Positions 39,255 through 49,633 of a DNA stretch of 64,000 bases are shown here, piece after piece. The notes under the pieces are model-generated. The model ran no database searches and had not been told where the DNA came from. It saw only the letters and a program-made list of their open reading frames with translations. This DNA comes from Escherichia coli (GTDB taxonomy: Bacteria > Pseudomonadota > Gammaproteobacteria > Enterobacterales > Enterobacteriaceae): NCBI GenBank assembly GCA_902500005.1, contig GCA_902500005.1_3678.1; one strand, written 5' to 3'. The translations under genes were made by a program, and so were the position numbers. Position 1 is the first letter of the stretch; each line of letters begins with the position of its first letter.

Positions 39255-40460
39255 ATGATTTTCATCTACGAACATTTCAAAACCCGTAAAGAAGCACGAG
39301 ACCGCCGTGCAGAACTTGAGAAGAAGGGTTTCACATGTGCCATTGAGAAAGGCGACACAACCTGGACACTGGCAGTTGGTGCCCCAGAGTTGTTCGATCC
39401 TGACCGTGACAGCGTCTGCTACACCCGTGAGGATTTTGAAACCCGCGAAGAGGCCCGTTTATTTCGATACGGTCTGGAAGATAACGGTAAGTACGCTATG
39501 ATCTTAGATTTAGGCGAAGGTTCCGTTAAACGTTGGGGCGTGGTATACCCACTGTGTGTTGTTCACGGTGTGGGGTTCACTGGGGTAGCAATCAAGTCAG
39601 AAGAACCTTTAGTAGAAGTCAAAGATCCGGTGCTGGAGGTGGTGAGCAGTGTGTCTCAGCAACAGACTCGAAGCATCGAGCCTTTGGTAGTTATTTGTGG
39701 GGAACTCCTCCAGATCACCTGCAACGAAGGCATTTTTGAAATTCGCCGCAGCGAAAGTGAGGAAGTTTACCAGAAAGTCTTCGACCATATCTCTGTTCAG
39801 GAATATGACGAGGCAATTGGTGAAATCCTTGTCTGGTTGGAACGCAAGAATGAGTTCACCACACTTGCAGACAACCTGATCATGAAGGATGGTAAGCTCT
39901 ACTACTACGGTGTAGAGATGCGATCCACCATTGCAAAGAAAATTGAGAAAGATTATGCAGACGGAACACTGGATGACCGCTATGTGAAATTCCTAGTTCG
40001 CCTGCTACGCAATCCTTCTGCAAAATCTGTAAACATGCTCTACGATTTTATGCAGGCCAACGATATCCAGATTGCAGAAGATGGTCGAATCATTTGCTAC
40101 AAAGGGGTTCAGTTTAACGGCAGCAAGTGGGTGGATTGGCACAGTGGTAAAGTTCCACAATACCAGGGTGCTTTTGTATCCATGCCTCGTAACTTTGTAG
40201 AGGATGATCCGGAAGCTGCGTGCTCCTATGGCTTACACTGCGCCAGCAAAGAGTATGCAAAGAGCTACGGCACTGTAATGACTGTTATGGTTGATCCTGC
40301 AGATGTGGTTAGTGTGCCATACCAACACAATAGCGCTAAGTGCCGTGCATGCCGCTATGAGATTGTGGTAGCTCCGGAAGCACGCAAAGATGGAGACCCT
40401 ATTGAATATGTAGTTGATCGTGACGGTAACACTATCGACATTCTTTACGAGGAGGCGTAA
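39255..40460 (+). CDS. hypothetical protein with two N-terminal repeated small domains (401 aa)
   Basis: ATG after AAGGAGACC; residues 1-40 and ~55-95 are internal repeats (…TRKEARDRRAELEKKGFT… / …TREEARLFRYGLEDNGKY…). Confidence 0.5.
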   Translation: MIFIYEHFKTRKEARDRRAELEKKGFTCAIEKGDTTWTLAVGAPELFDPDRDSVCYTREDFETREEARLFRYGLEDNGKYAMILDLGEGSVKRWGVVYPLCVVHGVGFTGVAIKSEEPLVEVKDPVLEVVSSVSQQQTRSIEPLVVICGELLQITCNEGIFEIRRSESEEVYQKVFDHISVQEYDEAIGEILVWLERKNEFTTLADNLIMKDGKLYYYGVEMRSTIAKKIEKDYADGTLDDRYVKFLVRLLRNPSAKSVNMLYDFMQANDIQIAEDGRIICYKGVQFNGSKWVDWHSGKVPQYQGAFVSMPRNFVEDDPEAACSYGLHCASKEYAKSYGTVMTVMVDPADVVSVPYQHNSAKCRACRYEIVVAPEARKDGDPIEYVVDRDGNTIDILYEEA

Positions 40461-41830
40461 TGGAAAAAGGGCAGTATGATGTAGGCACAGATGCTGCCCT
40501 CGTTGCAATCATGAGCGGTGAGAATGTCTTCGTTTCAGGACCCGCAGGTTGTGGGAAGACGTACCTCATCAACATGATCCAGTCAATGTATGGAGACTCT
40601 TGCATAACGGTTGCCCCGACAGGGGTTGCCGCTTTAAACGTTAATGGAGCAACAGCACACCGAACCTTCGATCTTGCAGCAGGTGTGAGCATGGAGTCAG
40701 ACTGGACTGCAATAAGGGCAAAAACAGCAAAGCCTTTGAAAAGCAAGGCATTTACCATCCTAATTATCGATGAAATCTCTATGATCCGTGCTGATAAGTT
40801 TATAGAGATGGATAGGAAACTCCGCTTCCTTCGAAAAAATGACAAACCTTTCGGAGGCATACAGGTCATATTGTTTGGCGATTTTTACCAGGCACCTCCT
40901 GTTGTCTCTTCTATGGAGAAGGAAGCCTACTTCAACTTCTACCATACGGATCTGTGTTGCTATACCGAATCTTGGAAAGAGCTTGACCTCCACAACATAG
41001 CCCTAATAGATCAGTTCCGACAGGAGTCTATTCGATTTGCCACAATGCTCAACTGTGTTCGTGAAGGTCGCCGCATAAAAGAGGTTGTAGCAGAACTTAA
41101 TGCTCGCTGTTACAAAGGTGGTGTACCAACAGATGCTCTCACAATTTGCGCCACCAACAAACAAGCAGAGGAGGTGAACAGAAGGTTCTATGATGCCATC
41201 AACGCCCCAGAGAAGGTATACACTGGTGAAATGAAGGGTAAGTTTCCCTCCACCCTGCCAGTTGAGCAGGAGATGAAGTTGAAAATTGGCATGAAAGTTA
41301 TGATAACCGCCAACGATGTTGACCCGACGCACAAAGTACCTTATTATGTTAACGGAACACGTGCCACAATTGTTAAATTTAAGAACAAGGCAGTGGTGGT
41401 AGAGCTTGAAGATGGAACTCAGGTTGACATAGAGCAGAGGTTGTGGGAGAATAACGAGTATAAGCCATCTCAGAGATACAACATTGCAGAAAGGAAGATG
41501 GAGAAGTTTATAGAGAGGGTAGTGATTGGGTCATACAAGCAACTTCCTCTGAAATCTGGGTATGCCGTAACATCTCATAAAAGTCAAGGACTTACGCTAG
41601 ATTGTTACAACCTAGACCTTGGAAAGAACGGAGCTTTCTCTCCTGGGATGACGTATGTTGCTTTGAGTCGAGTTAAGACAATACAAGGAATAAACTTGTT
41701 GCGTCCACTAAGAGAAGTTGACATTATTGTTGACCCGCGAGTCGTAGAGTTTTACAATACAACATTCCCTGACTTAGACAAAATTGTCAGGAAAGATTTT
41801 GAAACCAGAGCAGAAGAGGGGGACGTATGA
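40460..41830 (+). CDS. SF1B DNA helicase, Dda/RecD/Pif1-like
   Basis: Walker A GPAGCGKTY; motif II IIDEISMI; motif V VTSHKSQGLTLD. Confidence 0.8.
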   Translation: MEKGQYDVGTDAALVAIMSGENVFVSGPAGCGKTYLINMIQSMYGDSCITVAPTGVAALNVNGATAHRTFDLAAGVSMESDWTAIRAKTAKPLKSKAFTILIIDEISMIRADKFIEMDRKLRFLRKNDKPFGGIQVILFGDFYQAPPVVSSMEKEAYFNFYHTDLCCYTESWKELDLHNIALIDQFRQESIRFATMLNCVREGRRIKEVVAELNARCYKGGVPTDALTICATNKQAEEVNRRFYDAINAPEKVYTGEMKGKFPSTLPVEQEMKLKIGMKVMITANDVDPTHKVPYYVNGTRATIVKFKNKAVVVELEDGTQVDIEQRLWENNEYKPSQRYNIAERKMEKFIERVVIGSYKQLPLKSGYAVTSHKSQGLTLDCYNLDLGKNGAFSPGMTYVALSRVKTIQGINLLRPLREVDIIVDPRVVEFYNTTFPDLDKIVRKDFETRAEEGDV

Positions 41831-42168
41831 GTTTGTGGAGAAATATAGTTAACTACGTGTGTGGCAATCCAACTCCTGAAGAGAAGGATGTTGTGATTCA
41901 CGATTTTACTAAAAGATCTCGTGAAAAAGATCTACTGCTGACAAAGGTGACTGATAAAGATCCTGCAGTAGGTGACTGGGCGGGTTTTGCATTTACATCG
42001 GACAAATACACCTTTAACAAAGGTGACTACCTTGTTGTGGATTTTAACGAAGACATCGAGGGTGCTGAACCTTACTATCAGACCCTTATTGTTGCAGGGT
42101 GTGTTGATCTCTCTGCAGGCATGCACAGTTTGATTCTTTTTGAGCTTGACTCTGAAGACCTTGAGTAG
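41827..42168 (+). CDS. hypothetical protein (113 aa)
   Basis: ATG overlapping upstream stop. Confidence 0.4.
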   Translation: MSLWRNIVNYVCGNPTPEEKDVVIHDFTKRSREKDLLLTKVTDKDPAVGDWAGFAFTSDKYTFNKGDYLVVDFNEDIEGAEPYYQTLIVAGCVDLSAGMHSLILFELDSEDLE

Positions 42169-42228
42169 TAAGATGTGAGTCTAAAGGGGAGGCACTCCTC
42201 CCCACAAAAACTAAGGAAGCACTAAACG

Positions 42229-42531
42229 ATGAAACGTTATAAACCATACACTTTTGAAATCGATTTCGAACTTGACGATATGTTTACTGTGGAAGCTCAG
42301 GCAGTTGTCCAGTTGCCAGACCCGGAGTGCCGTGATTCTGATGTTGACTATTACGGATTTAGACAAATTACCGATGTGCATGTTTACCGCAACGGTGAAG
42401 AGGTGGACTTCCACCAACTGCCAAACGATATGCGCCACTCAATTTACAAACGTGCAGCCCGTGAACTAGAGTCCTATCTGGATGCAGCGACGACAGCAGC
42501 TGCATTTGCCGAAGAAGTGGGAGGTTTCTGA
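42229..42531 (+). CDS. hypothetical protein (100 aa)
   Basis: ATG with AAGGAAG RBS. Confidence 0.4.
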   Translation: MKRYKPYTFEIDFELDDMFTVEAQAVVQLPDPECRDSDVDYYGFRQITDVHVYRNGEEVDFHQLPNDMRHSIYKRAARELESYLDAATTAAAFAEEVGGF

Positions 42532-42929
42532 TGATTACAGGTGTGAAGATTCTCCAATACCACTTAACCAAATTGGAAGATGCTGAAAAAGAGCTTGCAG
42601 AAGTTCTGAATAGTGGATATACTTTGCTATCATGCGCCTGCTCAGACACCTACGTTGTGTGGACACTTATCCGGAAGGAAGAGCCTGCAGGGATCTTGGT
42701 GCCAAACCCTAAGATTATTAGTGAGGTGGATGACTATTCCCAGGACGGCCTGCCAGAAGGCTGGGAAGTATGGGAAGGTGGTGAAAACCCTGCACCAGGT
42801 AAGTGGGTAAAATATAAACTACGTAGTGGTGCACAGTACGCTGACTACTCTGATGACCTAGACTGGAGTCATTCTTCACCAGGATCGTCTGCAAGTTCAT
42901 ATGATATCGTTGCTTTTCAGGAAGAATAA
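42531..42929 (+). CDS. hypothetical protein (132 aa)
   Basis: ATG overlapping upstream stop (TGATG). Confidence 0.4.
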   Translation: MITGVKILQYHLTKLEDAEKELAEVLNSGYTLLSCACSDTYVVWTLIRKEEPAGILVPNPKIISEVDDYSQDGLPEGWEVWEGGENPAPGKWVKYKLRSGAQYADYSDDLDWSHSSPGSSASSYDIVAFQEE

Positions 42930-42941
42930 GGAGATAGTGTT

Positions 42942-43424
42942 ATGTCAGATTTTATGTGGAAAGTAGGTTACGCAGCTCCTGAAATGTGTGAGGCTTGCTT
43001 TGTGAAAATAGGCCGCGAGGATATCGACAAAGTGATCCTTAAGTTTCGTGATGTGGCTGTGATCGGCAACCGAGTGCTTAAGCACTTAAAGAATCTGAAG
43101 CTCACCAAAAAGAAATTCTTCGGGCTTTTCGAAGAGAAAGTTGATGCTTGGACCCATTGCATTCAGGAAGCTAAATCTCACTACAGTGCTATCGTTACCC
43201 CAGAACGGGTAGCCAAGATGGAAGGACTCATCAACAGCACAGAGTTTGAGTGTCTGAAAGCTGCACTCGATAGTTATCCGAAATGCCTCAAGCACTTGGA
43301 CAAGTATGTAGAAAAGGATGGGGAAATGTATCTCACCCTGGACGCATATTATGAGATGCAAGAAATTTTAAATTTAGATTTGACATTGGTATCCACCGAG
43401 TATACAATAGGTATCCGGGTTTAA
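42942..43424 (+). CDS. hypothetical protein (160 aa)
   Basis: ATG with AAGGAG RBS. Confidence 0.45.
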   Translation: MSDFMWKVGYAAPEMCEACFVKIGREDIDKVILKFRDVAVIGNRVLKHLKNLKLTKKKFFGLFEEKVDAWTHCIQEAKSHYSAIVTPERVAKMEGLINSTEFECLKAALDSYPKCLKHLDKYVEKDGEMYLTLDAYYEMQEILNLDLTLVSTEYTIGIRV

Positions 43425-43430
43425 CACTAG

Positions 43431-43457
43431 GCCCTGCCCGAAAGGGTGGGGCTTTTT
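43431..43457 (+). terminator. rho-independent terminator (GAAA tetraloop hairpin), copy 1 of 2
   Basis: gccctgcccgaaagggtggggc + tttttg; identical hairpin at 55048. Confidence 0.55.
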
Positions 43458-43475
43458 GCATTAGGAGACAGCAAA

Positions 43476-44240
43476 TTGAAATTTATCTACAAAGAACACT
43501 ACCACAAAGGTGTTGTGTGGAGCCTATTTGACGGATCTGGTGGTGCAGTCATTGACTGGGCAAAAGCTGGGTATCTGTGCCTGTGCTTTAATGCAGAAGG
43601 TGCTGATCACGGCAGTTATGCAGAGGTGATAACCGATCATCCCAACATTCACTATGTGGATTATTGGATTGACCCATGGTTCCCTCAGGAAACTTTTTGC
43701 ATGTACCCAGCTCCAGACTTTATTCTTGCATTTCCTCCGTGCACGCATTTAGCGGTATCAGGTGCTGCACATTTTAAGAAAAAGCTGGCTAAGGACCCCA
43801 TGATCCAAATTAATGCTGTAAGGGATGCTCGGGTTGCGGAAGAGCTGGGAGAGATTTACGATTGCCCGTGGCATGTAGAGAATCCTGTAGGTGTTATGTC
43901 CACACTGTGGCGCAAACCTGATTACCGTTTTCATCCTTCTGACTATGGCGGGTATTTACCGGAAGATGATGTAAACCCATGGTTTCCTGAATTTATAGCT
44001 CCACGTGATGCCTATCCAAAAATAACTTGCGGCTGGATAGGTAATGGATTTATAATCCCGGCCACAAAACCTGTCCCGCAAATAGTTGACGTGGTTAGCG
44101 GGTATTCCATGCAACACGCCAAGCTGGGTGGAAAGAGTGCAAGAACGAAGATGATTCGAAGCCTCACACCACGTGGCTGGGCAAAAGCCGTATTCTTAGC
44201 AAACGAGCCTGTAGTAAGGAGCAGAATTAATGGGAAGTAA
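43476..44240 (+). CDS. compact DNA cytosine-C5 methyltransferase-like protein (~254 aa)
   Basis: Motif I LFDGSGGA (FxGxGG), motif IV FPPCTHLAVSGA (PC catalytic Cys), motif VI HVENPVG (ENV); only in-frame start after the terminator is TTG 43476, 8 nt after AGGAG. Confidence 0.55.
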   Translation: MKFIYKEHYHKGVVWSLFDGSGGAVIDWAKAGYLCLCFNAEGADHGSYAEVITDHPNIHYVDYWIDPWFPQETFCMYPAPDFILAFPPCTHLAVSGAAHFKKKLAKDPMIQINAVRDARVAEELGEIYDCPWHVENPVGVMSTLWRKPDYRFHPSDYGGYLPEDDVNPWFPEFIAPRDAYPKITCGWIGNGFIIPATKPVPQIVDVVSGYSMQHAKLGGKSARTKMIRSLTPRGWAKAVFLANEPVVRSRINGK

Positions 44241-46308
44241 ATTTATGGCATCTGCATACAACCGTTTCGGTGAGCCAAACCCGAAAGCAACTAAGTATAA
44301 AAGTGGGGGAAGTGTGAAACGAGACTATCGTGATGAAAAAGAAGTTGAAACTGTAGAGACTGTTTTAGAAAATACTAAAATTGTCCCTGTCCCACAACAA
44401 AATATCGGTCTGATGGCTGCACAATATTTTGGTGTGCGATCAGCATTATCCCAAGAAGATGGTGTGACAGTCACTGCAACATATTTCCCATATTACGACC
44501 GCTACGGAAATCTGTCCGGTTTCAAAAAGCGTGACTGGACGATTCCTAAAGAGCAAAGAGGCCATTTCTCCGTTGTTGGCATAGTAAAGGCTAACTCTCA
44601 GATGTTTGGTCAAAAGCTGTGTGCATCTTCCAACAACCGTAAGCAGATTAACGTTTGTGAGGGAGAAGGTGATGTTATTGCAGCATGGCAGGCTGCATAT
44701 CAGATACAAGTAAAAGGGATTCTCACCAACGCTAAAGCCCCGGCAAAGGTGAAACAGTGGGCTAAAGAGGTCCAGGACGGGATCGATGCAGTTATCAACG
44801 GTGGTGATCTGGCAGGAAAACCATGCCTGCCTTTTGTTGGAATTAACTGTGGATGTGCAAACGCAGTAGATACTTTTGCAAACAATGAGAAGTTTATCCG
44901 TAGCTATGGAACAGTTGTGCTGGCAATGGATAACGATGCAGCTAACGAGGTAGAGAAGCAAAAACACGTCATTAAAGGTGTTGAGGCCACGCACAATATC
45001 GCAGCATTTTTGATGGCTGATAACGTTTACCACGTAGAATACCCCGGTGAGGTAAACGATCCTGACGGTGTAAAAGATATCCGTGACATGCTAAAGGCTA
45101 AAAAGCTGGAAGATATTGTAAACATGTTCCGGCATCCTGTTAAGTATGTGCCTGATGCTGTGTCGGATTTAGAAGACTTCTCTATCGAATCTTTGCGGAA
45201 AAAGACTTCCAACGGGGTAGATATCAGCGCAGAGTTTCCAAAACTGCAAAAAATGCTAAAAGGCTTGCACAAAGGGACACTCGTAATGCTTACAGGGCCA
45301 TCAGGGGGCGGTAAAACAACTGTAGCTAAAAAACTGGAACATTGTATTGCAAGATACTTGATGGACCCGACATGCCCGAAGGCCGATGACTATGAAGAGG
45401 ATGATCGTCTATGCATGATCCATCTTGAGGAGGACCCAGAGGAAGCAATTAACTCCTTGTATGCAAACCAGCTAGGGTTTGATGTTAAAGAGTTTGTTGA
45501 AGATCCTAGCCAGTTTTTAACTGATCAAGAACACGCAGAGATTCACCAATCATGGGCAAAAGCTGGAAAAATCAAAGTGTTCAAACATTTCGGGTCTATT
45601 CCGGTGGACGAGTTGATTACCAAGCTTAAGCAAATGGTTTGCCTGTACCATTGCCGTTATATTGTGCTGGATCACCTGTCCATGGTAATTTCGGGGCTTA
45701 ATGTTAAGGATGAGCGAAAAGAACTGGACATGGCTATGACCCAGCTGGCTGCGTTTTGTAAGCAGTTCAATGTGTTTATCTTGGTGATCGCTCACCTCAA
45801 ACGTACAGAGATTGTGCCTCCTAAGGACAAGGATGGTAACCCGTTACCTTTCTGGTATCCTGTGCGAAAAGAGAATTTGCGAGGATCGGCTGGGCTTGAA
45901 CAGTTGAGTTGGGTAGTCATAGGTGTCGAGGCCGAAGAAATGGTGGATCGTTCTCGTGGGCGTGTCCGACTGGTAGGTCTTAAAAACCGTCCAGCAAAAA
46001 CTTTAGGTATTGCAGACACTTTGGTTATGGACCCACATACAGGTAAGTTCCATGATGCCAGTAATTGGTACTGGGACAAAGAAATGCAAATGTTTACAGA
46101 TGGAGAAGGTGGGGAGGTTGTTTGGAGACCTCAGGCTATGTTTGAGGATCAGGAGCATGCAGTTGTAGAAACACCTATGGGTAAGGTTGTGGCTGATAAG
46201 GTTGTAACACCCACTGTCAAGCCTATTGACACGCAGGAAGACCTCCAATACGATGATCCATCCTCTGATCCGGTCCCTGGTTTTGAGGATGATGAAACAC
46301 CTTTTTAA
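44230..46308 (+). CDS. DNA primase-helicase (Toprim + DnaB-like helicase, T7 gp4-like organisation)
   Basis: Toprim EGEGD and MDNDAAN motifs in N-terminal half; Walker A GPSGGGKTT and Walker B IVLDHLS in C-terminal half. Confidence 0.8.
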   Translation: MGSKFMASAYNRFGEPNPKATKYKSGGSVKRDYRDEKEVETVETVLENTKIVPVPQQNIGLMAAQYFGVRSALSQEDGVTVTATYFPYYDRYGNLSGFKKRDWTIPKEQRGHFSVVGIVKANSQMFGQKLCASSNNRKQINVCEGEGDVIAAWQAAYQIQVKGILTNAKAPAKVKQWAKEVQDGIDAVINGGDLAGKPCLPFVGINCGCANAVDTFANNEKFIRSYGTVVLAMDNDAANEVEKQKHVIKGVEATHNIAAFLMADNVYHVEYPGEVNDPDGVKDIRDMLKAKKLEDIVNMFRHPVKYVPDAVSDLEDFSIESLRKKTSNGVDISAEFPKLQKMLKGLHKGTLVMLTGPSGGGKTTVAKKLEHCIARYLMDPTCPKADDYEEDDRLCMIHLEEDPEEAINSLYANQLGFDVKEFVEDPSQFLTDQEHAEIHQSWAKAGKIKVFKHFGSIPVDELITKLKQMVCLYHCRYIVLDHLSMVISGLNVKDERKELDMAMTQLAAFCKQFNVFILVIAHLKRTEIVPPKDKDGNPLPFWYPVRKENLRGSAGLEQLSWVVIGVEAEEMVDRSRGRVRLVGLKNRPAKTLGIADTLVMDPHTGKFHDASNWYWDKEMQMFTDGEGGEVVWRPQAMFEDQEHAVVETPMGKVVADKVVTPTVKPIDTQEDLQYDDPSSDPVPGFEDDETPF

Positions 46309-46366
46309 TGTTTAACAAAGAGTGGGAGGGGTAGTACAACCGCCTCCCCTTTAAGGAGAACTGTAT

Positions 46367-48790
46367 ATGAGCATGTGGTCGTTCGATTTTGAGTCATCCG
46401 GTTTGCTGGAAGACCCAGATCTTTATTATCATTGCGGCCTGTTTAAAGAGCTGAATAAGAACCGTTTTATGCTGTTCCTTCCTCTAAATGACCGCACACA
46501 CTACTCCGAGGAGGATATAGAGAAGGCTAAGAACTTTATTCTGGCAAAGAAAACTCTTTATAAAGATTTTGAAGTTCGCATAGCAGATTTTTCGGAGTTG
46601 GAAGGTTGGCTTACAGGAAATTCCGACTGGTCACCAACAGCTTTGAACTGCCATAACTGCTACAGTTATGACTTTATGCTGATGGAGAGATTATCTGGTA
46701 TTCATTTTGATATGTTCCGTGATCCTAAATGTATGGGGACTATCAACGACCACCAGGTTAACCTGTTCGATACGTTGGCGATGAGCCGAATCTTGTGGCC
46801 TGATCGCCCTTTACCAAAAGGTTGTCCGGACTCTGTATTCAACCCGGTTACTAAGAAAATGCAGCCTGTTGGTCCTCACGGCCTTATGGCATGGGGCTAC
46901 GCTCTTGGTAACCAGAAAGTTCAAATTGATGACTGGCGCGATCTTCCGCTGTGGAAGTATGTGGATCGTGTATTCGAGGACGTTATCATCCAGGAGTTGC
47001 TCTGGAAAGAGCTGGTAGCGGAATCAAAAGGTGTATTCTACGGCAAATCTGACATGCAGAACTTTATGTACGATCCTGCCAAAGAGAAGCCAAAAGGGTT
47101 CAAGAAGATCACCTGGAAGAACGCATTACGCCGAGGCATGCTGCAGCACTTCCTGATGGAGCTGCAGGCCCGTCAGGGTGTGTATTTCGACATAGACGGG
47201 GCTATTGCTTTACGTGACCGTTGCGATGCGTGGATGAAAGAAATAGCTGATCGTGTTGAACCACAACTACCTTTAAAAGAGCTGTCAATGTCTCAGCGGC
47301 CCAAGTTCCCTGAAAAGCCGTTTAACCAAGATGGGACAATCTCCAATAATGGTTGGAAATGGTTAAAAGATAAGCTTGGCTATCCTGTAGACATGAGCGC
47401 TTTAGAGTTCAAAGCCCCACCTAAGCGAGCATTTACCTCCACAGGAGATGTCAGTAAAATGGGGATAAAATGGTGTGAAGAGATGGGCTGCAAAGACCCA
47501 GACAAGATGGCTGATTTCTTGAGAGGTTATATTAAGGGCACCTCCACACCACAACCTTTACCTAAAGAGCTGATGGATCAGGCAATAAGCGATCTGCAGC
47601 AGAAGCGAATGCCTGACTGCAAGATACCTATGAAAATCAGCAATCAGGACGATATTAAGCGATACCTGATCAGTGCTGGTTGGCTTCCGACAATGTGGAG
47701 AACTAAGGATGTAACTAAAGACAGCAAGAAGAAAGCTCTACCTGATGCAGATGTTGATGCACGAGTATATGCATATATGGACGAGCTTTTAGAGTCAGAG
47801 TATTGTGACCTGATTATCAACTTCTGGAACAAAACTGATGCTAAGTTCCAGACAACCGTGCACAAGTTCCGAAGCTTTCCTAACTCCGAAAGGATTAAAA
47901 AGGAAGTATTCGGGAAAATACGTAGAAAAGCCAGGGCACTTATTACTTCTCCGCAACTGAAAGATACGTTTGGACACCTATGTCCGAATCTTGAAAAATT
48001 GAACGGAGAGATGGCTAAAGATATCGTCTTGTGGTTATCATTGCGAAACCGCAGATCGGTCCTTGATCCAATTAAGGAGGATAAGGTTGATACTGGTCTT
48101 CTTAATCACCCACGTTTGAAGATTGACCATAAGCTTCCTGCTAAAAGCTCTGGATTAACAAACACTTCCAGACAGAAACACAGTATTTGTGCAAACATGC
48201 CTAAACCATCTCCTAAAGTGGTTATGGGTAAAGAGATGCGTAGTCTGTGGGGTGTTCCTCCAGGATACTTTGAGATCGGTATTGACGGGTCCAACTTAGA
48301 GCAGCTTATCGGGGCTTGGGGTGCCTTTGAGTTCGACAACGGCTTGTATTATGATGTTGTAAGTAACGGGGACGCACACCAAAACAATGCTGAGGCATAT
48401 ACAAAAGTAGCAGGCAGAGAGGTGTCTCGTAACGACGGTAAACCTATCACGTATGGGGTTATGTACGGGGCACAAAAAGATAAAGTTGCAGATATGCTGG
48501 ACATCTCTCCAGAGTTGGGACAAAGGGTGATCGATGCACTTTGGGATGCCAACCCTGGTCTTAAGGGGCGTAAAGAGGATCTGGAGAAATTCTGGGAAGC
48601 AACGGGTAAGAAGTTTATCTACTCTTTTGATGGTCATGCCATCTGGACCCGATCTAAACACTCTTTACTTAATGCATACCAACAGAATGGTGGTGCATCG
48701 CTGTGTGACTTAGTTGGGATACTTATGCACCACCAAATGGTGAAGCGTGGGTGGTACGATGAAGGTGTTCGTCGTATTATCTATTACCAT
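46367..48790 (+). CDS. DNA polymerase, family A, exon 1 (808 codons; 3'-5' exonuclease + polymerase motifs A and B)
   Basis: Exo I FDFESSG; motif A DGSNLEQ; motif B RNDGKPITYGVMYG; ORF stops 2 codons after …IIYYH, just before the expected motif C. Confidence 0.85.
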
Positions 48791-49633
48791 AAATAACATT
48801 GTGGCTTCATAGAGTGATCTATGTCGAATAACCTCTTTAATCGACGGGAAAGCTAAGTTGACTTTTACACCTGAGTATGGTAAAAGCTCAATATGCTAAT
48901 CCGCAGCGAAGACTAAAGGGGTGTAGTTAAAATGGCTAGAACAGCTGATTATCACGGGTATACCGTGTTTGATGATGGAACAATACCTTTATCGAAACGT
49001 GATCATACAACAATGTTTTGTTTTGATAATGGTAGAGGTTACCTTTGCGTAACCATGCTAATCGAGGGGAAGCAGTGCACAAAAGGTGTCCACCACCTGG
49101 TTGCTGAATGCTTTGTATCAAACCCAGATCCTGAAAGGCTCACATGGGTGAACCATAAGGATGGGAATAAGTACAACAATGCATACTGGAACCTGGAATG
49201 GACCACCCCTGGTGGAAATATCAAGCACGCCTATGATAATGACCTCAGAGTAAGGCCAGTTGGTGAGTATAATGCCAACGCTGTGCTGACAGAAGATGAG
49301 GTAATAGAGATTTGCGAACTGTTGCAGAGTGGTCTACGACAATGCGAGATTAGGGATCTTGGATATCCTTATGAGACCGTCAGGGCTATAAAGCAAAGAA
49401 GACAGTGGAAACATATCTCTAAAAACTACACCTGGTAGTAACGTTCAGAGACTATCGAAAGCATAGCGCCAACATAAATTGGTGCGAAGAAGCGAGTAGA
49501 GTAGGCCAGCAAGTGCGGTCGAAATGGGAGGTGCCTTGGTAACAAGGTAGTGAGATAGTCCGATCCATACAGGAAACTGTATGGCTGTGCACGTAATGGT
49601 GCGGGGTAGCTTAACGACCTACCTGAACTATTG
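48791..49633 (+). mobile_element. group I self-splicing intron interrupting the DNA polymerase gene, carrying an HNH homing endonuclease ORF
   Basis: Conserved elements P-like gacgggaaag (48842), Q aatccgcagc (48898), R gttcagagacta (49443), S agatagtcc (49553; P7 gacta/tagtc pairing); 5' exon ends in U, intron ends in G; IGS gtgg (48801) pairs with exon end ccaT; splicing joins …IIYYH to DEYQLQV… restoring motif C. Confidence 0.75.
48932..49438 (+). CDS. HNH homing endonuclease (HNH_3-type), intron-encoded
   Basis: …VHHLVAECFVSNPDPERLTWVNHKDGNKYNNAYWNLEWTT… classic HNH motif; ORF sits between intron Q and R elements. Confidence 0.8.
   Translation: MARTADYHGYTVFDDGTIPLSKRDHTTMFCFDNGRGYLCVTMLIEGKQCTKGVHHLVAECFVSNPDPERLTWVNHKDGNKYNNAYWNLEWTTPGGNIKHAYDNDLRVRPVGEYNANAVLTEDEVIEICELLQSGLRQCEIRDLGYPYETVRAIKQRRQWKHISKNYTW

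Noticed and set aside
43446-43475. Track start codons located inside terminators or promoters (43446 in the terminator hairpin; 51453 and 59717 inside -35 TTGACA; 49947 inside polymerase exon 2)
   Set aside because: The ORF track accepts GTG/TTG anywhere; these positions have no Shine-Dalgarno sequence and overlap regulatory structures, so downstream starts with ribosome-binding sites were used instead.
46320-46350. Hairpin gggagggg…cctcccc upstream of the polymerase gene as a terminator
   Set aside because: The stem is imperfect and lacks a downstream U-run; it is immediately followed by the polymerase ribosome-binding site, so it is more likely a leader structure than a terminator.
49440-49633. 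tRNA or other small RNA gene in ORF-free stretches (48797-48931, 49440-49633, 62505-62720, 59110-59540)
   Set aside because: No cloverleaf-compatible acceptor/T-arm pattern (GTTCRANNC) was found; 48797-48931 and 49440-49633 are explained by group I intron core elements. A tRNAscan run would be the definitive check.
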